From NCBI RefSeq assembly GCF_009914755.1, contig NC_060932.1: a stretch of DNA of 64,000 nucleotides; one strand, 5' to 3'. The notes beneath the pieces were generated by a model. The model was not told where the DNA came from. It saw only the letters and a list, made by a program, of their open reading frames with translations, and made no database searches. A program made the position numbers and the translations under genes. Positions 47,087 through 60,927 of this stretch are shown piece by piece. Within the stretch, counting starts at the first letter, position 1. The number at the start of each line of letters is the position of its first letter. This DNA comes from the human T2T-CHM13v2.0 reference genome, Homo sapiens.

Positions 47087-47400
47087 TTGGGTGTGGTCGC
47101 TCATGCCTGTAATCTCAGCACTTTGGGAGGCTGAGGCAGGAGTATCATTTGAGCCCAGGAGTTCAAGACTAGCCTGGGCAACATAGCAGGACCCTACCTC
47201 TACGATTTCTTTTCTTTTTTTTTTTTTTTTAGCACGGTGGTGCATGCCTGTAGTCCCAGCTGCTCAGAAGGCTAGGGAGAAAGGATCACCTGGGCCCAGT
47301 AGTTCACAGCTGCAGTAAGCTATGATCATGCCACCACACTTCAGCCTGGGTGACAGGGACCCTATCACTATTAAAAGAAAACAAAACAAAATAAAACAAA
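47087..47400 (+). mobile_element. AluJ with T-rich linker
   Basis: Sense-orientation arms and (AAAAC)n tail. Confidence 0.88.
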
Positions 47401-49152
47401 TTTCAAATTGGTGAGCAAAGAGACTAAAAAACCCACAAACATGTGTTCATAAATACTTAAGGATTGTTTTTATATAAAATAAATTTACTGACATCTCTTC
47501 TACTTTGTAGACAAGAGTAAAAAAATAGTGGTACAGAGATTTGGATATCAAAAAGGTTCTGCAGTTAAGCTGATCAGTTCCAGCAAGATGGAAGATCAAC
47601 CTCACCATTCATGAAAAGAAAACAATGGCTTTAAGTCACCACCACCACCACCATGAAGACAAAGCCAAGGACAGAAAAGGGGTGACCGGCCTTCGCTCAG
47701 GAGTTTGTCAAAAGAGTTAAAAGTTGGCCATTTTGTTTTACTGCCTATTTTATTTCTCCCCGACTTTAAGAATGGGTCCTAAGCTTGCACCACTTGCTCG
47801 ACATATATATTCTTTGCCTTCATCTCACCTGACTCATAAGCAAAGTCTTCATATTGCTGTAGTTGCTATTTGTAAAGCCTTCAAAGTTGCCATCTTAGAA
47901 ATATTTTGATTAAACAAGATGCAGAAAGTTAAAAAATAAAAAGACAGAGAGTGTGCTGGAGGGAAAAAAAAAAAAAACTTGAAACAAACCATCCTCACCC
48001 AAAGGGATAATTTCTCAAGTTCTCTTTTGGTAGTACTACCTACCAGAACAAAGGTATAACACCAGAACAAGGTATAACACCAGAACAAAGGTATAACACT
48101 TGTGTAACACTCCAGAACAAAGCAGAATGATCAAGTTTCCTTTCTAAGAGAATCATTTGGGAAAACAAGGAGATCTTTTTCAGAGAACATTTTGGACCAG
48201 AGAGAACAAATTCCGCACTTATTAAAGAGCTGGGAATGTAACAGAGCAGCTCCTCTTAAACGGTTACCAAAATATATATTTCCCTAAGGATTTATAAGGA
48301 TTAAAAATTAGTAAATATGTGCTGAAAGAAATGGTCAAAGAACTACTAGTACAAGCTTTGAGGTATAATTCCAATGCCTTTGGAAAAAAAACTTTCTAAA
48401 TCTTAGCTTAAGAAAAGTGATTGTTTATTCCCCAAAGATAAAAAATTCCATTATTTCTTCATGTGAAGAGACACACCTAAAGAACTGAATCATTATATTA
48501 ATTACAATTATTATCATATAATAGAATTCATCATCATTACCATATTAATGCTAGAAGAAATTTTAAAGATCCAATTCAAACTTCATTTTACAAATGAGAA
48601 ACCTCTGAGAAATCAACTGCATGACGTGGCCAAATCAGTTGTCAATAGCAGATTATACAATAGCTGTGTGCCTTATTTCACCAACTGAACTAGAAACTCA
48701 GTAGAGGCTTATATAAGAGTAGATGTCTTCTATATCTCCCTATTACCCACAGTGTCTAGCTTAATAATTTGGACCTAATATAGTTAACCTTGTAACACCA
48801 TATTATAACTATAAAATCAAGAATGTTTCCAAAAGTAAAACATAAGAACTGGCTTCATTACTTTATAACCACACAGAATGTAATTTTACTACTTATTTAT
48901 GTTAATATATGGCACGCCAGTCCTTTAAGATGTGAATACAAATACAGTTATAATTTATAGCTTCCAAATCATAAAGCCATTATCAGTCTTCTTAAAAGTT
49001 TTTAAGAACTCACAAATCACAATAGTAGTTTAGCTCTGTAAGCTTTAAAACCCAAAATATTACCTGATCTTCAACCTCCCTTGAATCAAAAAAGATGACA
49101 TTGGCACAACATCTAAGCTATCATTTTATCTTACTAAAAACGAAGCAGTTGA

Positions 49153-49460
49153 GGCCTGGTGCAGTGGCTCAGGCCTATAATACCAAGACTTTGGGAAGCC
49201 GAGGTGGGCGGATCACTTGAGGCCAGGAGTTTGAGACCAGCCTAGCCAACATGGTGAAACCCCGTCTCTACTAAAAATACAAAAATTGCCAGGTATGGTG
49301 GCAGGTGCCTGTAATCCCACCTACTCAGGAGGCTGAGGCAGGAGAATCACTGGAACTCAGGAGGCGGAGGTCGCAGTGAGCCGAGATCACGCCACCGCAC
49401 TCCAGCCCAGGTGACAGAGCAAGACTTTGTCTCAAAAACAAAACAAAACAAAAACAAAAA
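49153..49460 (+). mobile_element. AluS
   Basis: Full dimer with (CAAAA)n tail. Confidence 0.93.
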
Positions 49461-49954
49461 TTAAGCAGCTGAACAAAATGTCATCAGCAGCATGTATTAT
49501 AAAAAATATATTCATAAGTCTCCACCTCCTGTTAAAACCATTCAAGGTAGCTAACAGTTCTACTCTAAGCCTCAACTTCCTACTATTTTTCATAATGCAA
49601 GCTTACATTCTTAAATTTGCTCTTGCAGCCTACCTTTCATCAAACTTAATAGCCACCTCAAGCACTACGTTTAACGGAGCATGTCTACCACCTAGGAACC
49701 GAGTAGAGGAGTACTTGGTGGTCAATTTCCTAAAAGCATAACGATTTCCTATGAAGTTGCTTAAATCAACAGCAGGAAACTAGAGTTGATTTAATGCATT
49801 TCAAAATGGTGGACGGCTATGAAGTAATACAAGTTATACCTTAAATAATTTAGAAAACAAGTATAAATTTGAAATTACATCCTTTTATTCTGAAACAGTA
49901 TTTCTCTGACTTTAATGTGCCCACAAATCAACTGGGCCTTTGGTTGGTCAACTG

Positions 49955-50055
49955 ACTGATTCAGAAGGCAAGGATGGGGCCTGAGATTCTGCATTTCTAT
50001 CCTTCTCCCTGGTGATACCAATCCTTTTGGTCCATGGGCCACCTTGGATTAGCAA
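49955..50055. mobile_element. MER5-like fragment
   Basis: ggggcctgagattctgcatttcta motif. Confidence 0.6.
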
Positions 50056-50152
50056 AGATGCGGCAAAGAGCTTTGAGAAACACCTGTCCAGTTGACCAGA
50101 TCAAAAACAACAGTGGCTGTCAGGGCTGACTGCTTTCACATCCAATGGTACC

Positions 50153-50443
50153 TTTTTTTTTTTGAGACGAAGTCTTGCTCTGTCCCCCAGCCTGGAGTGT
50201 AATGGCGCAATCTTGGCTCACTGCAACCTCCCCCTCCCGTGTTCAAACAATTCTCTGCCTCAGCCTCCTGAGTAGCTGGGATTACAGGTGCCCACCACCA
50301 CGCCCAGCTAATTTTTTGTGTTTTTAGTAGAGGCAAGGTTTCACCATCTTGGCCAGGCTGGTCTTGAACTCCTGTCCTTGTGATCTACACACCTCGGCCT
50401 TCCAAAGTGCTGGGATTACAGGCGTGAGCCACCACGCCTGGCC
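50153..50443 (-). mobile_element. AluS
   Basis: Full antisense dimer. Confidence 0.93.
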
Positions 50444-50869
50444 GGTACCATTTCTTAAAGTAGATACAGACTTTCTCTACATTTGGACTCTTAATTTATG
50501 CTTTTGAATGCTGCTCTCAAGACAGCTCATATTTTGCATCTAGAAAATAACTGGAAATGCAGAGAATGTTGTTTCCATACCACTTCGGCTTATTCCTTCC
50601 ACGTGGAGGGAGTTTAATTTGTATAACACTCCTGGCTTTTGACTCACTCCATCCAGGAGAAGTGAAGTGACTTAGTGGATTTTTGTAAATTTAGTGAGAA
50701 TTAGCTGCACAAACCCAGAATGGCCCGACCTCTTTTTTTCTCTTGGGAATGAGCTGCCCACCAGAGCCAGGACGACGGTGCACTGAGGGAGATACTCGCT
50801 GGAGGCACTAAGGCAATAGGATTAACAGTACCCTACCCAGCCTGGAGCCCCAGGCAAAGGGAAACACAA

Positions 50870-51230
50870 GTAACTGTGGCTGGCTGGTTATCTAACTCAT
50901 CTCCTCTTCTTTCTAGCACACAGATATTATGTTTCTATGTGTTTTGCAGGTAATGCTGTGTGTTCCAGACAGCAGAATGTGAGTGGACATCATATGTACC
51001 ACCTCTGGGCCTGGACCATAGAACTCACACATAATCCTTCATGTTCTTATGTGACCACACAGATGAACAAAGCAAGCCAAGTGTGGAAACGTGTTAAAGA
51101 TGACGGAACCACAAGATGGAACAAGCCTGGATCCCTGAATCCCTCCTTGGAGGATTAGTGCCCACAAATTGTAAACAGCCACCCAGATCTCAGCGAGCAA
51201 GAAATAAATTATACCTGAATGTTTTAAAGG
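50870..51230 (+). mobile_element. Old MLT1-like LTR fragment
   Basis: aagatggaacaagcctggatccctgaat...aagaaataaa motif. Confidence 0.5.
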
Positions 51231-51733
51231 GTTTTTTGGTGGGGAAAGAACAGTGATGATAGATATTCTTAAATACTGTAACTACTTTGAAAGAAGAGAA
51301 CAATAGTTAAGAACTATGTCATTTTAGTCATCTTTTGTTTTGTCAAAACAAAGATGTTACAGGCCTGTGCTTGTTTAATATGAAAAAACCCTATGATCTA
51401 CAAATCCTTGGGGATACAGAGAATCAGGGTAGCTGGTGACATCTGACCTATCCTCTTACTCACTGATATTGTTCAGAAATCCAAGCTAAGAGGTTCTAAA
51501 ATAGCAGGGAAAAATGGTAATTTCTATGCACTTGCATTTTTATGAAAGAAAACTGCAAAAAAAAAAAAAAAGGTAATTTCTATGTACCTGCAATTTTATG
51601 AAAGAAAACCCATTAAACAATAGTTTATAATAATGCATCCCCTACACACTGAACAATTTCCCTGTTCCTGTTTCATCTTTATATCTTCCCCAGGTCTGCT
51701 TCTTTTAAGACGTCTTCACACGTTAATCTAGTC

Positions 51734-51954
51734 CAAGGGCTGACAAGCCATTTCTGAAAAAGGCCAATATAAAATATCTTAGGCTTTACAGGATGTGCGG
51801 TCTGTGCTGCATTTATTCAAGTCTGCTGTTGTAGAATCAAAGACGCCACAGACGATATGGAAATGAACAAGCGCAACTGCATCCCAGTAAAATGATTTAC
51901 AAAAAAGAGGCAGTGGGCCAGACTTGGCCGTGGACTGTAGCTTGCTGACCCCTG
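51734..51954. mobile_element. MER58A-like DNA transposon
   Basis: aaaaaggccaatataaaatatcttaggcttt...gtagcttgctgacccctg. Confidence 0.75.
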
Positions 51955-51974
51955 AACTAGTCTATGCCCTAATC

Positions 51975-52473
51975 CCGTGGTCCCCAACCTTTTTGGCACC
52001 AGGGACTGGTTTCATGGGAGACAACTTTTCTGCGGACCAGGAGGAGGGGGAGGATTCAAGCATATTATGATTACTGTACACTTTATTTCTATTAGTATTA
52101 CATTGTAATACATAATCAAATAATTATATAACTCATCATAACGTAGAATCAGTGGGAGCCCTCAGTTTGTTTTCCTGTAAGTAGACAGTCCCATCTGGAA
52201 GTGATGGGAGACAGTGACAGATCATTAGGCATTAGATTCTCATAAGTAGCTCGCAACCTAGATACCTCGCATGCACAGTTCACAATAGGGTTCGCACTCC
52301 CAGGAGAATCTGATGCTGTCGCTAACATGACAGGAGGTGGAGCTCAGGCACTAATGCAAGCGATGGGGAGTGGCTGTGAACACAGACGAAGCTTTGCCCC
52401 CTCGCCTGAAGCCTACCTCCTGCTGTGCAGCCCTGTTCCTAACAGGCCACGGCCCAGGAATTGGGGAACCTTG
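51975..52473. mobile_element. MER1A-like hAT-Charlie DNA transposon
   Basis: gtggtccccaacctttttggcaccagggactggtttcatgg...ttggggaacc. Confidence 0.85.
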
Positions 52474-52501
52474 CCGTGATGAATCAAAACTAGCTGTCAT
52501 T

Positions 52502-52791
52502 GGCTGGGCATGGTGGCTCATGCCTGTAATCCTAGCACTTTGGGAGGCCGAGGCAGGCAGATCACCTGAGGTCAGGAGTTCAAGACCAGCCTTGCAAAAC
52601 TCTTTCTCTACAAAATATACAAAAATTAGCCAGGCGTGGTGGTGTGCACCTGTAATCTCAGCTACTAGGGAGGCTGAGGCAGAAGAATCACTTGAACCCA
52701 GAGGCACAAGTTGCAGTGAGCTGAGATTATGCCACTGCACTCCAGCCTAGGAAACAGAGCAAGACTCTGTCTCAAAAAAAAAAAAAAAAAA
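52502..52791 (+). mobile_element. AluS
   Basis: TSD actagctgtcat. Confidence 0.92.
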
Positions 52792-52835
52792 AGACTAGCT
52801 GTCATCTATACTTCACCATCATTAAAATACAGACA

Positions 52836-52873
<38 letters not shown>
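52836..52873. repeat. (CA)n microsatellite
   Basis: About 18 CA units, read directly. Confidence 0.95.
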
Positions 52874-52876
<3 letters not shown>

Positions 52877-54563
52877 TGCACACACAATTTTTTTGGTTTT
52901 ATTTTTATTTCTTGGCTCTTTCAGAGACAGGTCAACTCAATTCAAGGACAGTATACTCTCAATTTTCTCGTAAAGTCCATTACTACATCTCTTCATAAAA
53001 ATAACCACTCACAAAATCAGGTACCATAGGGCTTCTAAATTACCTAACAACAAACAGAAATAGCACCAAAAATTGGTTCTTACTTTTCACAAATCCTCTC
53101 CACTAATTATCATTTAAGATATCATTTACTATATGAAATTATATACTTTATATACTATAAATTATACACTACAAATTAAGAGACCTTTATGCTAGCATTA
53201 GTTTACCTTTGTTTAAATAAAAAAGCTTAATTGTGACTTTAGAGGCATTTTAAGACTGGTTGACACTGGGTGCCGATTTAGTGAATTTTTGTCACCAAGT
53301 TCAAGTTTGCTACAGCTGTCAAAGATCATAAAACTGAAAGCATACGGTATTAGCAAAAACAAGTCTTATCAGTATCCATGCAATTTTAAAAAGAACAGAA
53401 ACTTGGCAACTAATGGGTAATTAAATGTCTGCAGACCATCACATGTGAGTACACCCAGTACACAAGTAATCATCATCCTTAATGAGAATGAGAAAATGTT
53501 TAATTCCCACTCATGCCAAAGGCCACATACAAGTCTCCTTCCTCCATGAGATCTCCTCCTACTACTCAACATGGCTATCTTTTTTCAAGTTTAATAGGCA
53601 AACCTCTCTCAGCACTTGACTGGAATAACTGTTGCACCATTTGGGAGTTATTTTTCTTTTAGACATTTGCAGATCTTATCTGAAGGTGACTAAGAGCCCA
53701 GAGTTAAGTATTTGTGAGGCAATCTATGCGAACTCTGAACTTACCTAGTTGGCTTATATGAAATTTGTAGAACGCATGGCAGGAGCCTGTGTAAGAAAGT
53801 ATTGTCCTGGTTTTCTGGTGGTTTGTTGTTGTTGTGGGGTCTGAGAATGTACAGCCAACCCCTCTTTTATAACAGAGAATTGATTTTGATACATATTTTA
53901 AAATATGATAGTGCAGAGTTAATGGATGTTAAAATTTTATTTTCTTGTTTTGGTAGGTAGATTGAATTGAGAATCATATAATCAGTATATCTGAGAATTG
54001 TATGACCAGTATATTTTAAAATATGATCTTTCTTTTAATCATATTTTAAAGTATGATAGTGCAGAGTTAATGGATGTTAAAATTTTATTTTCTTCTTTTA
54101 GTAGGTAGACTGAATTGACAATCATATGATCAGTATATTTGAGAATTATATGACCAGTATATAATAAGACTGGCACAACCATTTGCCATCTTTTCCTGTT
54201 ATCATCACATAGTGTGGGTGGGGAGAATGAATGGAAATCACTCCAGAATAATGACAAATGGTTTTTAAAACTCTATGCTGAATACATTCCAGCTGATAAT
54301 GACCGACTTTTCTTTTTTCACTTTGGTGATATCATCCTCAGGGTAAAAAAAAAAAAAAAAAAGGCATTTATAAAAAACAGTTTCATAAATCTTTTAGTTA
54401 TAAACAGGAAAGTTTTATATTATGTGTCATTTCATTTCTAGACTGTTGATGATGATGATAAGGAATTTGGGGCCAATTTTGATATATGAATGTATTGTTT
54501 TTCCATGTGGTGATTAAAGCTTCCATTAGCAGTTTAAAAAAAAAGAGTGAAAGGAGGTAAAAG

Positions 54564-54894
54564 GGGCTGGGTACAGTGGCTCATAGCTGTAATCCCAAAA
54601 CATTAGGAGTCCAAGGCAGGAGGATTGCTTGAGGCCTGGAGTTTGAGACTAGCCTGGGCAACACAGCAAAACCCCATCTCTTTAAAAAAAAAAAAAAATC
54701 AACCAGGCATGGGGGTGCACACCTATGGTCCCAGCTACTCTGAAGGCTGAGGGCAGGAGGACTGCCTGAGCCCAGGATTTCGAGGTTACAGTGAGCCATG
54801 ATCACGCTACTGCACTCCAGCCTGGGTGACAGAGCAAGACCCTGTCTCTTAAAAAAAAAAAAAAAACAAACAAACAAACAAACAAAAAAAAAAA
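54564..54894 (+). mobile_element. AluJ
   Basis: Full dimer with A/(AAAC)n tail. Confidence 0.92.
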
Positions 54895-56487
54895 CGGTGT
54901 GAAAGAGACTGAAGTGCAGCAAGATGCTCCAAGTTTGGGGGTTGGGGAACATGAAGATAAAGAGCCAACGGTTTGGTCAGCTCAAGAGTTTGGCTTCTAC
55001 TCTGAGAGCAATGGGAGTCTGCCAAAGGAGTTATGATGGAGACTGATGCTTCGAATTGGCTAAAGGTGGAAGATGTCCTAGTGAGGAGAGACTAGACGCA
55101 CGAAACTGCTAGGGCAGATGGGAACTCCTGGCAGTGGCAGCACGAGGCAAAGGAGAGGACAAGCCAGACACGCTTAAAAGGCCACTGCTGTGTCCTCTGC
55201 CCTGAGCAGCAGAGAGGCTGGCACACAATATGTGCCCAATACAGGTCTGTTGAATTAAACATTATTTTAAAAGACTACTTCACTTACATTAATATTTAAA
55301 GAAGGAAGCCACAGCAGATAGTATCAGAGAGCTGTATAAATAATGTATCACATTCTAGAGAGATACACGAAGGATTTACGCTTTGAGTATAAACTAGGAG
55401 AGTTTTATAATGTTCTCTCTTCTCTTTCTTCAAATAAACTAATATGTGAGCTCAGGATATTAATTCAGGATTTTCCAGGGTCTTGAAGGTCTTTTACTCA
55501 ATCCAAAATAAATAAAAGAGAGGTTCAAAGCATGAATAAGAGATCTGGGTTAAAATGAATAATTTATTAAGCATAGAGACAGATACTAGTTTAATTATCC
55601 AAGGAAAAGTAATTTGCTTCTTTCTAAAACACACACATTTAAGACTTTTTAAAAGAAAATCATATACAACAAAGAAAGCTATGAGAGAAACTCTGTTTAT
55701 GCCATGGTAAAAAAAAAAATTAAAATGACCTCAACAAAAATATATCACCCCCTTTCCCTACCCACCCTCAAAGCCACATGAGGTTTGTATTTAAAATATC
55801 TTTAAGAGCCTTTTTGCAGCAATTAGAACATTTTTATACAAACAGTCAAAAATTATCAAGTGACTTATAAGAAGATAGAAGTCTCCTACCTCCAAAACAA
55901 AAAACAAAAACAAAAAACCATTACAAGACCACCAGCAGAGAAGAGAGAGTCCTGGTGGGCAGACAGCATTCCAAAGTCCTCTAAAACTGATATCAACACA
56001 CCAGAAAAGTCAAAGAATCTCCCAAAAAATCATGTTTACACCAATAAAGATTAAACAATTAATGGTATTTTGTTTACACTTCTGGAGTTTTCGGGGGATT
56101 TTTGTTTTTGTTTTTTTAATATGGTTACAATTTAAATGGGCATTGGAGTGGAAAACTGACTTACTCAGTCAATAGCACAGTATAGTCAGTTTGTCTTAGA
56201 TAACTCACACTATGCAATTAAAAAGCCTCTGCATGGGGGTGGAGGAGCAAGCCCCTAGCTGGTGATAGCAAAGACAGCACCCCGAAGGAGAAGCTCCCAG
56301 CAAAGCCTGCGGGAAGTATAAAGATTCCAGACAAAATCAATTCACTGACCTGCTGAGGTTCAAGAATTCTGATTCCTCAAGTTCATTCCAAAAAATGCTT
56401 TTATTCCTTTTTTTTTTTTTGGCTCAACAACTTCCTAAAACCTCCAAACCAGCATGTGGAAGACCCTACACATTCACAAACTCTTAA

Positions 56488-56816
<329 letters not shown>

Positions 56817-57048
56817 CTTAGTCAGTAATCTTAATAAGGAAAATGGTTTAACATTTTCAGGGCATCCTATATTCTTTAAACATATCATAAAAGCAGCAGA
56901 AATAACAAAGTTGTGTTTCCCTCAATCCTCATCTCTTGCTGTGAAGACGACATGAAAGCCAAATTAAAATGCTCAGATCATTTTAAATCATAAGCACTCA
57001 AGCAGTTTCAGTTTTCTTCTCTCTCTGACCCACTGCCACACTCTTTGC

Positions 57049-57050
<2 letters not shown>

Positions 57051-57086
<36 letters not shown>

Positions 57087-57101
57087 GGGGGGTTGGGGGG
57101 G
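57051..57101. repeat. (CA)n microsatellite joined to G-runs
   Basis: About 16 CA units followed by two G-runs separated by TT. Confidence 0.93.
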
Positions 57102-60100
57102 AAGCACTACAGTCAGAATCACAATGCAAAAGTGACAAATAAGCAAGGTTCTAGACACTTCAGATGACATATAAAGTATATAATACATAATAATTTCCTG
57201 CCGCACTCCATACAATTGTTGGTGTAACCATAAAATAACCACAGTCATTTGTAATAATATACAACATTTTTACATGTTGCTTAATGAGAGTTTTTGTACT
57301 TGATATTTTAACCCAAAGCAGAGCCCTGCATTTGATTATTATCCTTTACAAAAAGTACATAAGGGGATACTCACTTTTCTGCATAATCATCTTAGCATTT
57401 TCAAACGTTCTAGAATTTAGCCTGAAGTAGGGGTAATCTAATAAAGTATGATAAATACCACAAACAAAATATAAGCAGGTGGAAAGCATCTAAGATTTAA
57501 AGAGCAGCTTCAAAAAAAAATCCCTTTTGAAACTTGAGTGGTTTTAATTTAAATGCCCCAAATCAACCATACCAAGCTAACTTACCTATATTCCTCAGAA
57601 TATCAAAACCAACTGCTATCAACTTAAGCAAGAGATGTCTTATTCGAGTTATCTGTCCAAACAAAATTTTTTAATGCCTTTGGTTGCACCTCAGAGACTG
57701 TCTTTTTCATGGAGCAATGCAGAAACTGCAACCAGACTACAGGAAATACAAACACCAGACCGTACAATGAAGCCTCTCTGGGGACTATGATTATTCAAAG
57801 ACAGTTCAGCCTTGCAGCAGTAATAGGGCTGAGTGTAACGACTTTTTTATTCTTCCAAACTAAAGAATTTTCCTTGGACTCTCTGCCAATGAAACATCAC
57901 AGACTTTTCTGAGGCTTTACAGGCAGAAAACTTGTACGCAGATGTTTCTTGGTTATACTGTACACATCACTTGCAATAAAACTGTAAACAAACAAAAACA
58001 TGACAAGTTCTTTAAGCAATTTTCAGATCATCTCTGAAAACAGAAGGCACTTTTGCCTGTCAGATTAAATCAGCATTCACTGTGGCTGGGTGACTGCTTC
58101 TGGATTAAAGAAACTGGAATATTCCAGTGATTTGGATAATGAAAAAGAAAAAAAGTTTTAAAGGTAAGATGTTAAGTATGCATCTATAATATAATTGGAA
58201 TTTAGATGTAAGGAATAACCTACATTAATCTGGCTACAATTGTACTTCTCATTCCCTTGACTAATTACCTATACCAATAAGTTCTTAGGAGTGTTATATC
58301 CTTTAAACTTAGGAACTTCAGACTGCTCAAAAATTATCAAGTTAATAATAAATAAAATAATCTGTGTAAGGAAAAGTTCCTGAAAGATACATACCTTCTC
58401 ATTAGCAGTGGTTCACCATCTCAGGTCAATGATGAGGAAGGGGAGGCAGGGGGCTGCACTGTAAGTTTACTTTATACATTTATATAATTATTTAAATATT
58501 TGTAATTACTTTTGGAATTTTGAATATCAAAACAAAATAAATTTATGCTCCAATGGAATCAAATACATGCTTCATGCATTGAAGTTTTCAAATCAACGTT
58601 TCTTTCACAGACATTGCAATTAAAAGATCTGCAAATCTTTTATTCAGAATCTTGGGCCAGCATATCTGCTCTCAGCAATGTGAATAACTAGTGTCATCAA
58701 AGCTGTTACTTTACAAAATAGTCAGTGTAGTCCCTAAATAAATGTCTTTCAAATTCCAACAACAGATTGTCTGAATCAGACACCTGAAATGCATGCCAAG
58801 AAGTCTTGCAAGCAGGCAGTCTACGCATGAAAACAAACCCTATGATAGATTCTCTTGAAATTAAATACAACTCTTACAACAAAGACAACTTTACTATTTT
58901 CCGATAAACAGGGTCCACTCATGGAAAAGAGATCGACTAACATGGATAATTCATCGTCCAGTGTTTACAGTGGCTGAGTTCATTTAACCCAATCTACTAG
59001 TTCTGTATGTGAGAAAACTGAGATCTAGAGAAAAGAAGTTACGATTTCTACTAGTGTCTACTGCATAACTCTATGAGTCACCATTCACACCACATTCTAT
59101 GGACAGAAACTTCACTGGTCCATTTACATTAAAGATGATGGCCATGGTGGCCCAGAATTGTGCAGGGTAGTGGCCTGGATGACTTTTAAGATGACACAAT
59201 GATTTAGAAGCAGAATCAGGATCAGAATTATCTCCTTCCTCTCCTTTAGTTTACCATCATCTTGCCTCATAAATGTATGAAAGAAAGCAAAATACAAGTG
59301 CATTTAGGATAAAACTCTAATTTTTATCCTTGAAATGGCATGAATACTGCAGACTAATCCTACCTTCAGAACATCGTATGTATTAAAAGGAATGCCTATA
59401 GAAACTAGACACACATGTACAAAACAAAATAACTGAAACATTTAAAGATGTCCTACACCATTATACTATATTAAATACTTTGTGTCCCAAAGCTACAGGT
59501 GAAAACAAGAATAAATATTTCACTCGCATTATCCAAACTTGAATCCCTATTGTTTTCAATATCCCTACTGACTGTACCACAGAGGATTTAAAGAGATTCA
59601 TAATTATGACTGTCATATTATATCTGCTAAAACATAATTATCTGGTCCTGCTTCCCAGTAGAAGAGGCCAGTGTACTCTCTACTGATGTCATACCAAGGA
59701 AGCACTTATGGCTACAATCACTGATGTCAATTAACATAAGAAACCAGTACATTCAGTACTCTAGTAGGTTGTTGCAAAGCAGATTAAGTTTTCCTACAAA
59801 GAGAAACTAGGCCCAAAACCAGACAAAGTATGTTCAACTTCTTCTTATAACCCACTATCATTCAATGTTAGAGAAAATCTAGGCACTAAGTAAAAGCATT
59901 TCAGATCATCACTTTGTAAACAGCCAGAGTAGTTCTTCTAATTTCTGAAACAATCACCTGTAATTCAGCACCAAAAAAACACACAAAGGAATAAAAGGTA
60001 AGGAAAAACCATATGAACATAAGGTGCCCTTGAAAAGTACTGGCATGGAAAAGACTTGAAGATTATATAACAAGACTAATCCATATTAGAGAATCAAAAG

Positions 60101-60616
60101 GAGATTAAATTCCCAAAGATACGTTCAGAAGAAAAACTACTATGAACTAAATTATCCTTCCTTTCCATATTGTTCATGCAATATACACACATGCACAACT
60201 TTCCCCCACTTTCACCTAGTTGGGATGAGATGTTAACTTAGGCTGAAGGACTATTATTTCTCTTTACTCCTGTTATGCCAGAGAAGATCCAAGAGGAAAA
60301 AAGATATACAGTAAAATAAAAAGATTAGGAATCAGAGCCCCAAGGAAAATAAAAGACTGTATTAAACATCACTGCAAATCAATGTCTCTGAACCGAATTT
60401 TTTAAATATTTTGCAACGTCTCAGATCACCATACGTAGTGCAGGAGCAGGGGAAGAGTCTTCAAGAGTCATGCTAGCCACACTGTCATTAGAGGTGGCCT
60501 AGAGATGCTCTGGGGTTACCTGAAACAAGCCAAAAAGCCCAGTGTCTATATCAATGGCTTTCCTACATAAAGGCAAATCTAGGGTAAGATACCTCACTTT
60601 GATGTATATGTTACTA

Positions 60617-60927
60617 TGTTTTCTGTTGCTACACCATAGACTGGGTAACTTATAAGCCATCAAAGTTCATTTAGCTCAGGGTTCTGCAGGCTTAGAGTCC
60701 AAGAACACAAAACTGGTGTCTGGTAAGGACCATCTTGCTGTGTCATAACATGGAGAAGGGCATCACATAGTGAGACAGTAAGAGCCTGCCAGCTCAGGTC
60801 TCTCTTCTTACGAAGCCACCAGTCCCATCATGGGGTCCACACCTGATGAAATTATCTAAATCTAATTACCTCCCAAAGACTCCACCTCCAAACATATAAA
60901 ATTTGGGAGTCACATTCAAATCATAGC
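60617..60927 (-). mobile_element. MaLR LTR (MST/MLT1-like)
   Basis: agactgggtaacttataa...ctaattacctcccaaag...cattcaaatcatagca. Confidence 0.7.

Noticed and set aside
48042-48122. CRISPR-like repeat array
   Set aside because: Eukaryotic DNA, units are adjacent with no unique spacers, and there are no cas genes.
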